The notes under the pieces: generated by a model
What the model saw: only the letters and a program-made list of their open reading frames with translations
Database searches by the model: none
What the model was told of the DNA's origin: nothing
Translations under genes and position numbers: made by a program
Part shown: positions 26,701 through 38,700 of the stretch, piece after piece
Layout: every line of letters starts with the position of its first letter
Position numbering within the stretch: position 1 is the stretch's first letter
Source of the DNA: Vicugna vicugna
Lineage: Eukaryota
Length of the DNA stretch: 64,000 bases
Assembly: GCA_013265495.1 (NCBI GenBank)
Contig: MU061578.1
Span: forward strand, 5,033,308-5,097,307
Reading direction: 5' to 3'

Positions 26701-29700
26701 CATCAGGTGTTTTTTTTTTCTCTTTTCTTTCTCCTTTTCCCAAACCAGGTTGTCCTGGCCCGAGAACTGGCAACCTCAAGGGAATATGCCAGTAAGTACT
26801 AACTCCAGTGAGCTGAGCTGTGTGTCTAGGATGCAGGGACAGTGCCCCTCTGGGCACTTGGCCACTTGGCTGCACAGCCCCTGGTGGTTTCTGTGCTGAT
26901 TTCAGGGGACAGGACAGTGTGGGTCTCAGAGGCCACAAAGCTGGTGGGTGTCTCATGTGAAAAACTTTAATTCGTATCCGTTACTTTTATGAGTTGTGTC
27001 TTTAGTGTGTCTTTTCTTACTTTTTCCAATTGTAGTAACTTGCTTCTCTCTTAAGTTAAAATTCTAGAGAAACGTCACATTATCAAAGAGAACAAGGTCC
27101 CGTATGTAACCCGAGAGAGAGACGTGATGTCACGGCTGGATCACCCCTTCTTTGTTAAACTTTACTTCACGTTTCAGGATGATGAAAAGCTGTGTATCCT
27201 TTGAACAGTCAAAGCCTTCTGATATCACGCCAGTGACCCCTTATCGTTTTGGAACCGTGACCCCATTGTTTGTTTTCATGAGTAGCCCCTTCCCCGGAAA
27301 GGAAAAGGGTAGCCTGTTGTACATACAAATGAATTCACATCATTTTACTTTGCGAACCCCTGGGATTGCTGACACTCACTGCAGTAGAACGTTACTTCAA
27401 GGGAAATCATTTCAGTCATTTTTTGGAGGGTTTTTTTGTTTAGAAACCTAAAGGATTATTATTTTAATGCTGTTGTCGCTAGACATTTGTTTAAAACCAT
27501 TCCCTCATTCCTCTAACCAGAGTCCTTGGCGTTCCCTATCAGGTGTCAAGTCCAGTGCTCAAAGCAGGGAGTGAGAGAGAGGAAGGATGATCTTGGGCAT
27601 CTGGGGCTCCTGGGAGGTGGGTACCTCTTTGCTATCTTTGGCTCAGGTTTGTGGGGTTTGGTTGGAAGGGACATCTTTACCAGGCTCAGCTGCCTGGTGA
27701 GAAGTCCAAGGAGTGACCCACAGAAGCTGAAACCCTTTTTTCCTTCCTTCCAGAGAAGGAAAGGCCCTGTAGTCTCCACCCTGCCCCCTGTGGGTATTTC
27801 TGATCACCTAGTGCCTCTGACTACCCAGGGCTGTGTAGACTGTTTCTCCAGCTGCTGCTTCAGCAGGGACCTCACACCCTGCTGATTCTTTGCTGTATTT
27901 GAGGGCATCTCATGTTCCCTGACTTCTCTAATCCCTGGAGCATAGTCTTTTTTCTTTGCTCAGGGTTCAGGGAGACAGCGGGCACTGTGGCATTCAGGGT
28001 GGACCGTTCATCATGCAGCCAGGCTGGCCATTTCTCCTCACTCCCTAGCACCTTTCCTGCAGCTATTCTTCCAAACCAAGGCTTCCTCAGCCCCCATTTG
28101 CCTGTAGATGTTCTTGGCTTCTACTTGACAAGGCCAAATGGAGTTGGTTCAGAGCTTGTTCAGGTTTAAATTTCAGTCTTTGCATCTGTTCTTTTCCTCC
28201 TGCCCTTAGGTCTCCAGAGGCCCTTCGCATCACCCTACCATCTGCAAAGCTTGGCTTCCCCATCCTGCCTGGGGGGTGAAGGCCTGATCTTAACCCCCAC
28301 TCTCTCCTCTCCTTTCTCCATACTCCTCTGGATTAAAACTTTGCTCTGTCCTGTTCCCTCTTTAACACATTTCTGGCTCCTTCACCTGTCAGTTGAATGT
28401 GTTCTTTTGTTTATTGAGAAGTCCTCGCTGAGTGCCAGGTGATGAGAGTATGCTGGTAAATAAGGTGAGGTTCTGTCCTCGCAAGGCTCGCACATCTGTG
28501 GAGGAGTTAGATATACACAGATGATGGTTGTCTGTATAATAGACTCCGAAGGAGCAAGGGTAGTCAGGCTGAGTGGGAGCGTTGGGGCTGCTGTTTTAGT
28601 TCGGTGGTCTGAGGGAATGACGTCCCAGAGACCTCGACGGAGCAGGGGCAGGTGTGCATATGTGTGGGTGAGGCAGGAAGTCTGAACAGAGGCCAGCTCC
28701 TTGGGCTTTGGAATTCTGTTCAAGAATTTTGGATTTCCTTCTCAGTGTGGCAGGGAGTCCAGGAGGGTCTTGAGCAGGGCGGCCGTTTGCTCTTACTCGG
28801 GCTGCTGCTGCAGGGAAGGCTCTTGTAAGTGAGCTGGGAAGATGGAGCCAAGGTGACTTCTGGATGTGGGTCCTCAGGGCCTGGGTGCACAGTGGTGCTG
28901 GAATTAATGCATCCGTTGGTGCTTGCTTTTCGAGGGCTGAGTGGGCGACTAGGTGCCTGCACGCAGAACCCGAGAGGAGTCAGGTTGGTGTACAAATTGG
29001 TGGTGGTGGGGGATGTCAGTGGACTGGAGGGTGCTCAGCAGGGAAGAGTTCCAGTGAGTGGAGAGGACACAGACCCAGGGGCAAGATGGATTTTAGTGGA
29101 GGGTGCTGGCTGCCTGGCCCAGTAGTGCCAGGTGGTTGGTTACCTGGTGCCTGGGCCTGGCCTGTTGATTGGCCCCCATGCATGTTGTTGTTGACAGTGG
29201 CAGATTGGGGGTGCAGTGGAGGGCATAGAGGTGAGGAAGTGGAGACCACAGATAGAGCAGGTTTTCCCAGTGTTTTCTCTGAAAAGGGGAACAGTAAAGT
29301 GGTCTGGTAGCCAAAGGCGTGTGTGGGGGCAGGGAGGCAGGTTCTTTGTTGGTTTGTTTCAGGTGTTGTAGAAGGTTTGCCTCTCCACCTGGCTTCAGCA
29401 TCACCCCTTGTCCCCACTTGTCTGCTGTAACTGCTCATGTGGCAGCCATCAGTGGTCTCCCGAGGGCATTAAAGGGGACCTTTATCTCTGTTCTGAATCT
29501 CATCTCTGAGGCCACCTTGACACCTCACTCCTCGTGCTCCCTGGGACCCACATGACTGTGCTCCTATGTGAGCCTGTGGGACTCTCCCACTGCCAGATTC
29601 TCTGGAGGCCCAAGCCCAGCCTTCCTACAGGGCCCGTGGGAGAGTGCATCTTGTTGCATTCCAGCAGATCGCACTCTTTTGACTTCGTCTTCTCCCAAGG

Positions 29701-32700
29701 TCATGTGCAGTAGGATCAGGCACTCAGAGGCTGGATGAACGAGCTTGCTGTTTAATTTCAGATGGGATTGGCCAGAGTAGTGCAGATGGAGGGCACTCTA
29801 GGTCTTTGGCCAACGGTATCTGTTGCTTTTGACCTTTTAAGGCAAATTTGAAAGCCTGTGAAGGTTGTAAGGCCTCAGTTACCTCTGAAAGGAGTGAGAC
29901 CTGGGGACTTCAGCCCCACTGGAAATCCTTAGTAGCATGTGTTGTGTTGAAAGATAAAGAAAAGGAAACACCGCCTGAGGAAAGCCCTAGTATGCACACC
30001 ATCCTCCCTTTAGCCATAATTATACATTGAGGAGAAGGGAAAACGGCTTCTTCAGTGACTGCAGGGATAAACCCACCCTTAGGACAGGTGAGGCAGGGCC
30101 TGGCGACATCCCCGCAGCAGCCTTTAAACAGGTAGGTGGATCCATGAGGGGCCTCCTGGGCACTGGCAGCCTCTTTGCTCTTTGGAGGTTCAGCTTGACC
30201 AGACTTAGCCCCTACTCCCAGGAGAGGGGCTAAACTCAGAGAAGCGGCCAAACACAAGCCCTCCTTCCCTCCCTCTGCAGGTGCGGTGCAGGGCTGAGCA
30301 CTGGAGCCAGATAGCCTGACTCTTCTTTCCAGAAAGGATGAAGGCTGAGGGGTTTCAGAGGCTCTTGCTCAGCTAGCCTGCCTTCTTCCTCCACCCTCAC
30401 CTATTCCCTCTTGTATGTCCTCTCTTGCAACTAGGGGACAGGAGCAGAGCATTAGGCCTCAGGTGACTGGGCTCCAGTCCTGTCCCTCCTTGGCTTTGTG
30501 ACCTTGGGTCAGTTGCTTAACTTCTCTGGTCTGGGTTCCTCTGCAAAGTGCAGACATTGGGCTCACCAGGCCCTCAGGCTCTGCAGTTGGTCTGATCTGT
30601 GTTCATCATCCCAGGAATTCACCCACTCCTGTGGGATAATAGCCTCCTCTCACTGCCCTTGGGCATTGGCTGTGCTGAGGGAGGTAGAAACATTCTAGAA
30701 TGTGAAATGGACCAACAAGGTCTGAGAGAGTATTTCTAGGGGGTGACGAACATGTGGTCAGAGAGAACACTGGTTTGGAGCCATGATCCTCAACATCTGT
30801 CACATTCAAAACCTGTCACTTAGCTCCACAGCTGAGCAGAGAACTAGAAATGTTCCTCATACAGGAAACAGGAACTAAGGGGGTGGTCAGTTAAGGGGCA
30901 AAACCTGTGAAGCCGGAAGAGGCCCTGTGGCTGTGGCTGTGGTGGCCGAACCTCTCACATTAGCTGCTGGTTCCTGGGAGACGGCACACCTAAGTGGTGA
31001 GGTTTTGTGGCTAGTCCAGGTCCAGGTGGACCACCTGCCCAGGCAGCGCCGAGCTTCTGCTTGGGGTTGGGGGAATTGGAGTCCGTAGGCCACTGGTGAG
31101 GAGGTCACAGACATCAGCTTTCCCCTAGGAGGAAAGGGGCCCTGGCTGAGACCCTTTGCATTCCTTAGAAGTAAGGTTGGATTTTTGCTTCTGATTCTTG
31201 TTAAATGTTGTTCTAGTTGGGAGGGCTTAGGTGTCCCAGGTGGGGCTGGATCAGAGGCAGGTTTGAGCAGCTTTGGTTGCCAGTCTTTTTGCTCCTGGGC
31301 TTGTCTTCACCGCTCTGCAGCTTCAGGTTCCTTCCTCGGTGGGAGATGGTGTTGTCTTGGCAAACAGAAGCCAGATTGAACACCCTGAGCGCAGGTCACC
31401 CCTTCCCCCTTGGAGCGCTGTTCAGGGTGGGCAAGGACTTGAGTCACCGTGTCCCTGGCTGCCAGGGAGTGGAGAAGCACCTGTAGATTCCCAGTAAGAG
31501 GCACAGATGTTCGGTGCTTCCAGGAGGAAGCAGTTAATGGGATCCATTTATTGTTCCAGCCTTTAATCCTCTTTGGAAGGAGAATAAAAACGAGACAGAT
31601 TGCACGGCAGTGATGTCTGGAAGGAAGGTGTCTGCGTTCTTCGAGTCTCTCCCTAGTGGGGGCCCAATAAATAGATTGAATCCTCTTACAAAACTTGTCA
31701 CTTTATACTTGGAAAGGAGCGTTCATTTGAGAAAACCATTATGTGAATTGACCCTCTGTACGGCACGTGGAACGTGGTTGGTGCAGGTTCGGAGGCTGTG
31801 TTAGGATGTCCCTGACCACAGGCCCTGCCCACCATCTCTGTTGGCTTCCCTTCACTGAGCCTGCAGGTGTCTTCTGGGGATGGTGGGGTCCAGAAGGGGC
31901 ATTTGGCCTGAGAGTCATGTGTTAACTGTATTTTTGGTGAGAAACCTATGCTGGGGTCCTGTTCTGGAGCCAGGGCAAGGGATTCCCACCAGACCCAGTG
32001 ACCGCTGACCTGACTATGACAGGGTCTGGCTCTAAGAGGGACGGCTGTCTTGGGCCACAGATACCTTCAGTTTTCATTAATTCACAAAATTGCTACTGGG
32101 CTGTTTAGTTCAAAAGAATGATTTCGCTCTATTCCTTAACTATGCAATATTTAGATTTTGGCCTTAGTTATGCCAAAAATGGAGAACTTCTTAAATACAT
32201 TCGCAAAATTGGTTCATTCGATGAGACATGCACGCGATTTTACACAGCCGAGATGGTGTCCGCCCTAGAGTACTTGCATGGCAAGGGCATCATTCACAGG
32301 TACAAGCCAGGGGCCTGCAGGCTTTGCTTGCAGGCCTGGGGGTCAGTTCTGGTCTCTTGTGGAGGGTGGGATGCCTCGTTGTGAGAATTAAGAAGAGTTC
32401 ACATCACCCTGATGTTAAGAGACTCGTGGACCTTTAAATATCAGATGAACTTGGCCAGATGTCTTTTTTTGCCAGGCTAACAATTCTCTTAGCCATCTCG
32501 ACTGGTGCTATTATTTTGTCACTTGTAGCTTCTGTGTGTGCTTATTTCTAGTCTCATTTTCTATCACTTTCAGGTAAAGTCAAACTGAAAGTGTTCTTAT
32601 AAGCTTTTATTCCCCCCTTACTGATTTTTTTTTAGTGGTAAAATACACATAACATAAAATTTACCATTTTATCCTCTTCTCCCCGGTTTTGAGAAATTAT

Positions 32701-35700
32701 AACCTGCTTAAGTTTAAAGTGTACAGCATGATGGTTAGATTTACATTTATTGTGAAATAATTACCACTGAAGGTTTAAAGGTTCTTTATGGGTTAAAAGT
32801 GATAGATTATACTTAAGTTAAAAATTTATTAAAATGATAGCTGGAGTTATGAAATAATGTCATTCGAATGTCCTCACTATATGCAGTTGATATTTGTTCA
32901 GTACTAATTTAGACTTGAGTTTTTGGTTGTTAGTGTGTAAAGATTACAGGTATTAATCAGTTCATTTTGTTTTCAGCAAAATTTAGAGAATGTAGTAGTG
33001 TTACTGTTTTAAATATTTCATCTCAAATGTAAAAAAATCTGCCTTCACAGGGACCTGAAACCAGAGAACATTTTGTTAAATGAAGATATGCACATCCAGA
33101 TTACAGATTTTGGAACAGCAAAAGTATTATCCCCAGAGAGTAAACAAGGTGTGTGAGTGCTTTATTTCCAGAAGTACTTCTTAGAAATGTGTTAAATTGC
33201 ACTGTACTCATCATTAATCACGGTTATTTGTAATAACTTTGTTACTGTAAAATAGGTGCTTGACTTTTCACTGAGGAAGCTCCTGCCTTCCCCCAGCTCT
33301 TGCTGGGGGCCTGGGCAGTGTGTGCCTGGGTTAGTGGGTGTGGGGAGAGGGCTTTCTAGGCTGCCTGTGGTTGGTCCTCCTGGCCTCGAGTGGTGCTAGG
33401 TCACCAGGGGCTTTCTGCATGTTGTTGCAGAACCCTGGTGCCCACTGTGGCTCACCCTCTCTGATCATCTTCCTAGAAGATGCTGGGATGCCACATTTGT
33501 TCTTGGTGTTCCATGCAGGGGTGTGGGGTCAGTGCAGTCAGCTCCCAGCTTTTCCTGTTGGCACTGTGAGTTCTATGCGGTGAGGGTGGTGGGGAGACTG
33601 TCCCTGTGTCTTAGTGCCCACTGCCTGCCCGTCTCCTGTGTGCCACTGTATGTGGTGGCCCAGGCATGCCGATTTTAGTGAGAGCGCAGGATGAGTGGGG
33701 GCTGATTTTTACCTGCTGATCAGGTGCATGTTTATAATTGCAAACCCCCTCATCACTGTTCCTCTTGGGTTATCCCAGCTAGATTATGTATTGTGACAGC
33801 TCTACTACCTGAGGAGAAGTTGCTGATAGTCCACTCGGGCTGGAAGAGTGCCCTGATTGTCTTAGCTAGCTGGGGTGTCTCGGCCATGGGGGCGGTTATG
33901 GGGGGCGTCCTGCTGCCTTTCAGGTGTTTGTTGGATAGAAATCATAAACTCTGGGGATATAAAGAATGGCAATTTAACATCTGAAACCTGTTTTAAAGTG
34001 TTGGGCTAGAGAGAAGATAAAGCCCTTTATGGTGAGGTTTGGGGGAAGCCAAAGGCCACTGTGTGAATTAATAAGTGACCTTGAAAATGAACCTTGGGTG
34101 CAGGGACAAGTGTGACCGTCAGAGCTACTCTGACCTGGGAGGCTGTTGTAGGAACCTCCATGCAGGGCATGCACCTCTCTCTCGGGGCTCATAGCTCCCT
34201 GTGAGAGAAGGACCTTGATGAAGAGTGCTGGGGGAATGGACACGATGGGCTTCTTGGTGGAAGAAAGATTCAGACAGAAACACCTATTTTGCTGAAGCTG
34301 CTCTCATGTGGAAAAGGGGAACTGTGAGCACAGGGCAGTGGCAGGAGGAGCTCGGCCTTTCAGAAGAGCCCTCTAGCTTGGCTGGGCTGACCTTCTCTGC
34401 CTCGGCCTTGAACTGGGGCCTGTTTAGCAGCAGTACATCAGACAGTTGTGGGGCTAACACCTGGGGTTTGCTCCTGCTGGCCACGATGGGCAGACTTGAA
34501 CGTGCTTCTGGGAGATGCCAGGCTGCACCTCCATGGGTTCCCTTCCACAGGGTGCCTAGATGCCTGGTCTTTCCTTTCTAGGCCTTTCTCTAGCCCTGTG
34601 GTTTTAACCTGAGGTTTCTTGTCAAGATTCTATCAGTTAGTGCTTAAATCTCTGCACAGACACTCATTGAGTCACCAAGACGGCATCTTGGATTTGGGAG
34701 CTTCTCTGAGAATCTTAAAAGTGCCATCCTTTTGGGGCTGAAACAGAACTTGCAATCAAGGAAGGTGCTCCAGTTATTTCTCAGTGAGGCTTAGTCCTGG
34801 TGACACTTGCCTGTCTTTGTTTTGTCCTTCCTACCTGGGCTCCAGGTGCACTTCCCAAGCCCCAGGAAGTCCTCCTGGCACCTGTGAGATGCCCCAAACT
34901 TTGATCTATTTGACTCCTTCCTCTTGTGTAGTAACATTTTATTGGCCAGTAGTCATGTTTTTATGGACATGGTATATAACTCATAACCAAAGCATTGTCC
35001 ATGATGGAGGTGAGCCGAACAGGAAGCACTGTGTCCCCGAATGTTCTTGTTAGGCTGCTGGGCATCGTGTGACTTCCTACTGAGAGAAGCCACAATCTTC
35101 CTGTCAGCTGTGGGCAGCATCTACTTGGTCCTTTTTTCTTCACACAGATTTCCTTCAGATCTGATATTTGGCACAGGCTAGCCCTGTTGCCTTGTAGCCA
35201 TTTAAAAAATATTTATATTTATATATATATATAAATATACACACATATATATACGTATATAGTAATTGAAATGCATTAGTGAAATAGTGAACTAAACCTG
35301 CTTTTTAAAATCTTTCTGAAAGCAAGAGGTTAAAAAGTCTACATAGTAAACCATGGAGAATTACATAAATATACAGATAAGTAGGCTTTTTTTCCCCTTC
35401 TCAGAAGAGGAAAAAACATGTATAATTAACTGAATGAATAATTTTGGTGACTTTCATTTTCTGTATGAAGTAGTTTAGAATCTTAGAATTTATTCCTGCA
35501 TTTGCTTTTTAAACTTTTGTGCAGAGATCATTTCCTCAAAACATCTTAAAGCTTCCGGGAGGAAAGTGTTGATGGGAATGAGGCCCAGGTTCCTTAGCTG
35601 TGCAGTGAGCATGTTCGCCTTCCTCCTAGTGAGAGGCAACCTGTCTGTTTTCACAGACCTCATCCCAGTGGGTCGCTTCTGGAAGGGGTGAGCCCCGCTT

Positions 35701-38700
35701 CTCTCTATCACTGCTGCCTGTTGCTTCGAAGTGGCCCCCTCAGGTTGTTAGGTGCAGGGGTGGGATAGCAGGCCAGCTGTTGAGGGCATGAGGGTTGATG
35801 AAGACTGCGGCACAGAGGACTTAGGACTTCAGGCCTTGCACAAGGGTCCTGCAGAGCTACTGGTGAGGGCAGCGTAATCACAGAGTAAGCCCCTCACCTG
35901 TGGCTGTGTCCCTGGCCTTTGCCCTCTTTGCAGGAGGCTTGGGGAGCTCAGGGTGCCCCCGAGGTTCAGATTTGGGGTTTGTGTCTGGCCTTCTTGTATA
36001 TAGTCAGGCGTGGGGGCTCCACTCACCACACGTAGGAGGGGAGGGTCAGCAGGTGTGGGATGGGGCACTGCTAGAGAGGGGCAGAGCGTGAAGTTTTCAT
36101 AGCCAGAATCACTCTATCACTCCATCTGCACCTATGCAGTGCCCCTCTGTAGATGGCCATTGTCCAGACCCTCAGGCCAGTGCGGACCACATCCTGGTGT
36201 GCCGTGGACTCTCAGACCCTCTCACAGCTTCTCCCATGCCACCACTCTGGCAAGTTCAGTACCACTTGCCCCCTGTACTTACCACACTAAACACAACTCT
36301 TAGTATCGACAAACAGTTTAATTTGGTCTTTCCAGTGCTGGTATTTGTTTAGTCATAGCTGTGATGCATGGAGTGTTGTTGTTTTTAATTTTTTTTGGAG
36401 AGGGGAGTGGGTAGTTAGGTTTATTTATTTATTTATTTTTAGAGGAAGTACTAGGGATTGAACTCAGGACCTTGTGTATGCTAAGCATGCACTCTAACCT
36501 CTTGAGCTATACCCACACCCTTGTTGTTTTTAAAACACAGAGTACCTGCTTTTTGTAAAAATTAAACCATTCTTGAGACCTGATTTCTGCCATCATCGAT
36601 TTGTTTTCCCTGTAAATATTTTAGCATTTATCACTAAAATATAAAACTGCTTTAAAAAAACCCCCATAATACCATGCTGTTTTTATGTATGAAAAACTGA
36701 CAGTAATTGCTTAATATCTCAAAATATTCAGTGTTAAATTTTCAGTCATCATAATTCTTTGGTTGTTGTTTACTTGAATCAGGACTCAAAGTTCCCACAC
36801 TGAGCTTAGCTAATTTGTCTCTTAAATTTCTTTTAATTTATAGCTTCCCCTTCATCTTTATTTTCCTCTTGCATCTCTGTGGAGTCATGTAACATGCTCC
36901 TCTCCCCTCTGTATGTCTTGAAAATTATGAGTTGGGTATGTTGGGTTGATCATATAGGTTCATTCCTTTCACACCAAAGACTGGTGTGTGTGGTGTGTTC
37001 TTCATTAGAAAGTATGTAACATCGAGTCATCTCTTCCTCTGTGATGTCAACAGCCCTTTATAGCTGTAATGGCCTAGATCCATTAATTCATTAGAGGATG
37101 CAGAATTATCATAGTCCAGTTCTCTCATTCTTGAGCTGGAATTCTTTTAAAGAGAAACTTTCCCTTAGCCACTATTTGGTTATTAGTGGTATCAATTGTG
37201 GAGGAAAAACAGGATAAATACTTGCTTCTTTCCCCCTTTATTTGCCGCTTTTGAAAAGCATCTCCTCCAATGATGACCAATTCATCAAAAACACTATTAC
37301 CCCACCTCATACCGTACACAGAAGTTAACTTGGATAGATCAGAGATCTGAATATAGGACCTGAAATTCTTACACTCTTGGAAGAAAGCATAGGAGTAAAT
37401 CTTCATGACCTTGGGTTAGGCCATGGTGTCTTAGATACAAGACCAAAAGTACAAGCAAGAGAACAAGTTTTAAAACTTTTATGCTGTGATTTACCATTAA
37501 GAAAATGAAAAGACAACCCATGGGGTTGAATAGGAAAAAATATTTTCAGATCATGTATCTAATAAGGGACTTATATGCAGAATATAAAAGGAACTCATAA
37601 CAACAACAACAACAAAAAATATTTTTAATGGACAAAGGTCTGAATAGATATTTCTCCAAAGAAGATAAATGGCCAGTAAACACCTGAAAAGATGCTTAAT
37701 ATCATTAGGGAAATGCAAGTCAAAACCACAGTGAGACACCACACCCACTAGGATGGCTGTGATCAAAAAGACAGACAATAACGAGCATTACTAAGAATGT
37801 GGAGAAGTTAAAGCCCTCATACTCGGCAGGTGGGAATGTCAAATGATGTGGCTGATTTGGAAAAGTCTGACAGTTCCTGAAAAGGTTAAGCATAGTTACC
37901 TTATAATCAGCAATTTGGCTTCTAGGTATATATCCTAGAGAGTTGAAAACAAATGAAGTATGAAAACAAATATATGAATGTATATGTATGACTGAAACTT
38001 TATGCTGTATGCCAGAAATTACACAGCATTGTAAATTGACTATACTTCAATTAAAAAAAAAAAAAAGAAAGAAAGAGAAAGAAAACAAATGTAGTAGAAA
38101 TGACTCAAATGTCCATCAACTGATGAATGGATAAACACAATGTGGTCTATCCATACGGTGAAATATTATTCAGCCTTAAACAGGAACGAAGTTCTGATAC
38201 ATGCTACAACATGGGTGAACCTTGAAAACATTGTACTAAGTCAAAACCAATAGGGATTTGGACAGGGATTGTGTTGAATGAATAGATCATTTTGGGGAGT
38301 ATTGCCATCTTGACAATTTTAATTCTTCTGATCCTTCAGCATAGGATATCATTCTGTTGATTTAGATCTTCTCCAATTTCTTTGAACATTTTTGGGGTAA
38401 TTTTTCAGTGTATAAGCTTTGCACTTCTTTTGTTAAATTTATTCCTAAGTATTTTATTTTTGAGGCTATTATAAATGTAATTGTCTTCTTAATTTCATTT
38501 TCAGATTGTTCATTGCAAGTTTACAGAAATACAGTTGATTTTTTTGGTATGCTGATCTTGTATCCTGCAACTTGTTCATCAGTTGTAATAGTTTCTTAGT
38601 GGATTCCTGGGGACTTTCTAAATACAAGATCACGTCATCCATGATTAGAGAGAGTTTTACTTCCTCCTTCCCAATTTGGTTGCATTTTATTTCCTTTTCT

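Larger units (their letters stand above)
27194..32154 (+). other. PDPK1: U12-type (minor spliceosome) GT-AG intron 4 of PDPK1
   Basis: 5'SS GTATCCTTT (27194-27202), branch site TTCCTTAAC (32132-32140) ending 14 nt before the exon, and no polypyrimidine tract. Confidence 0.95.
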
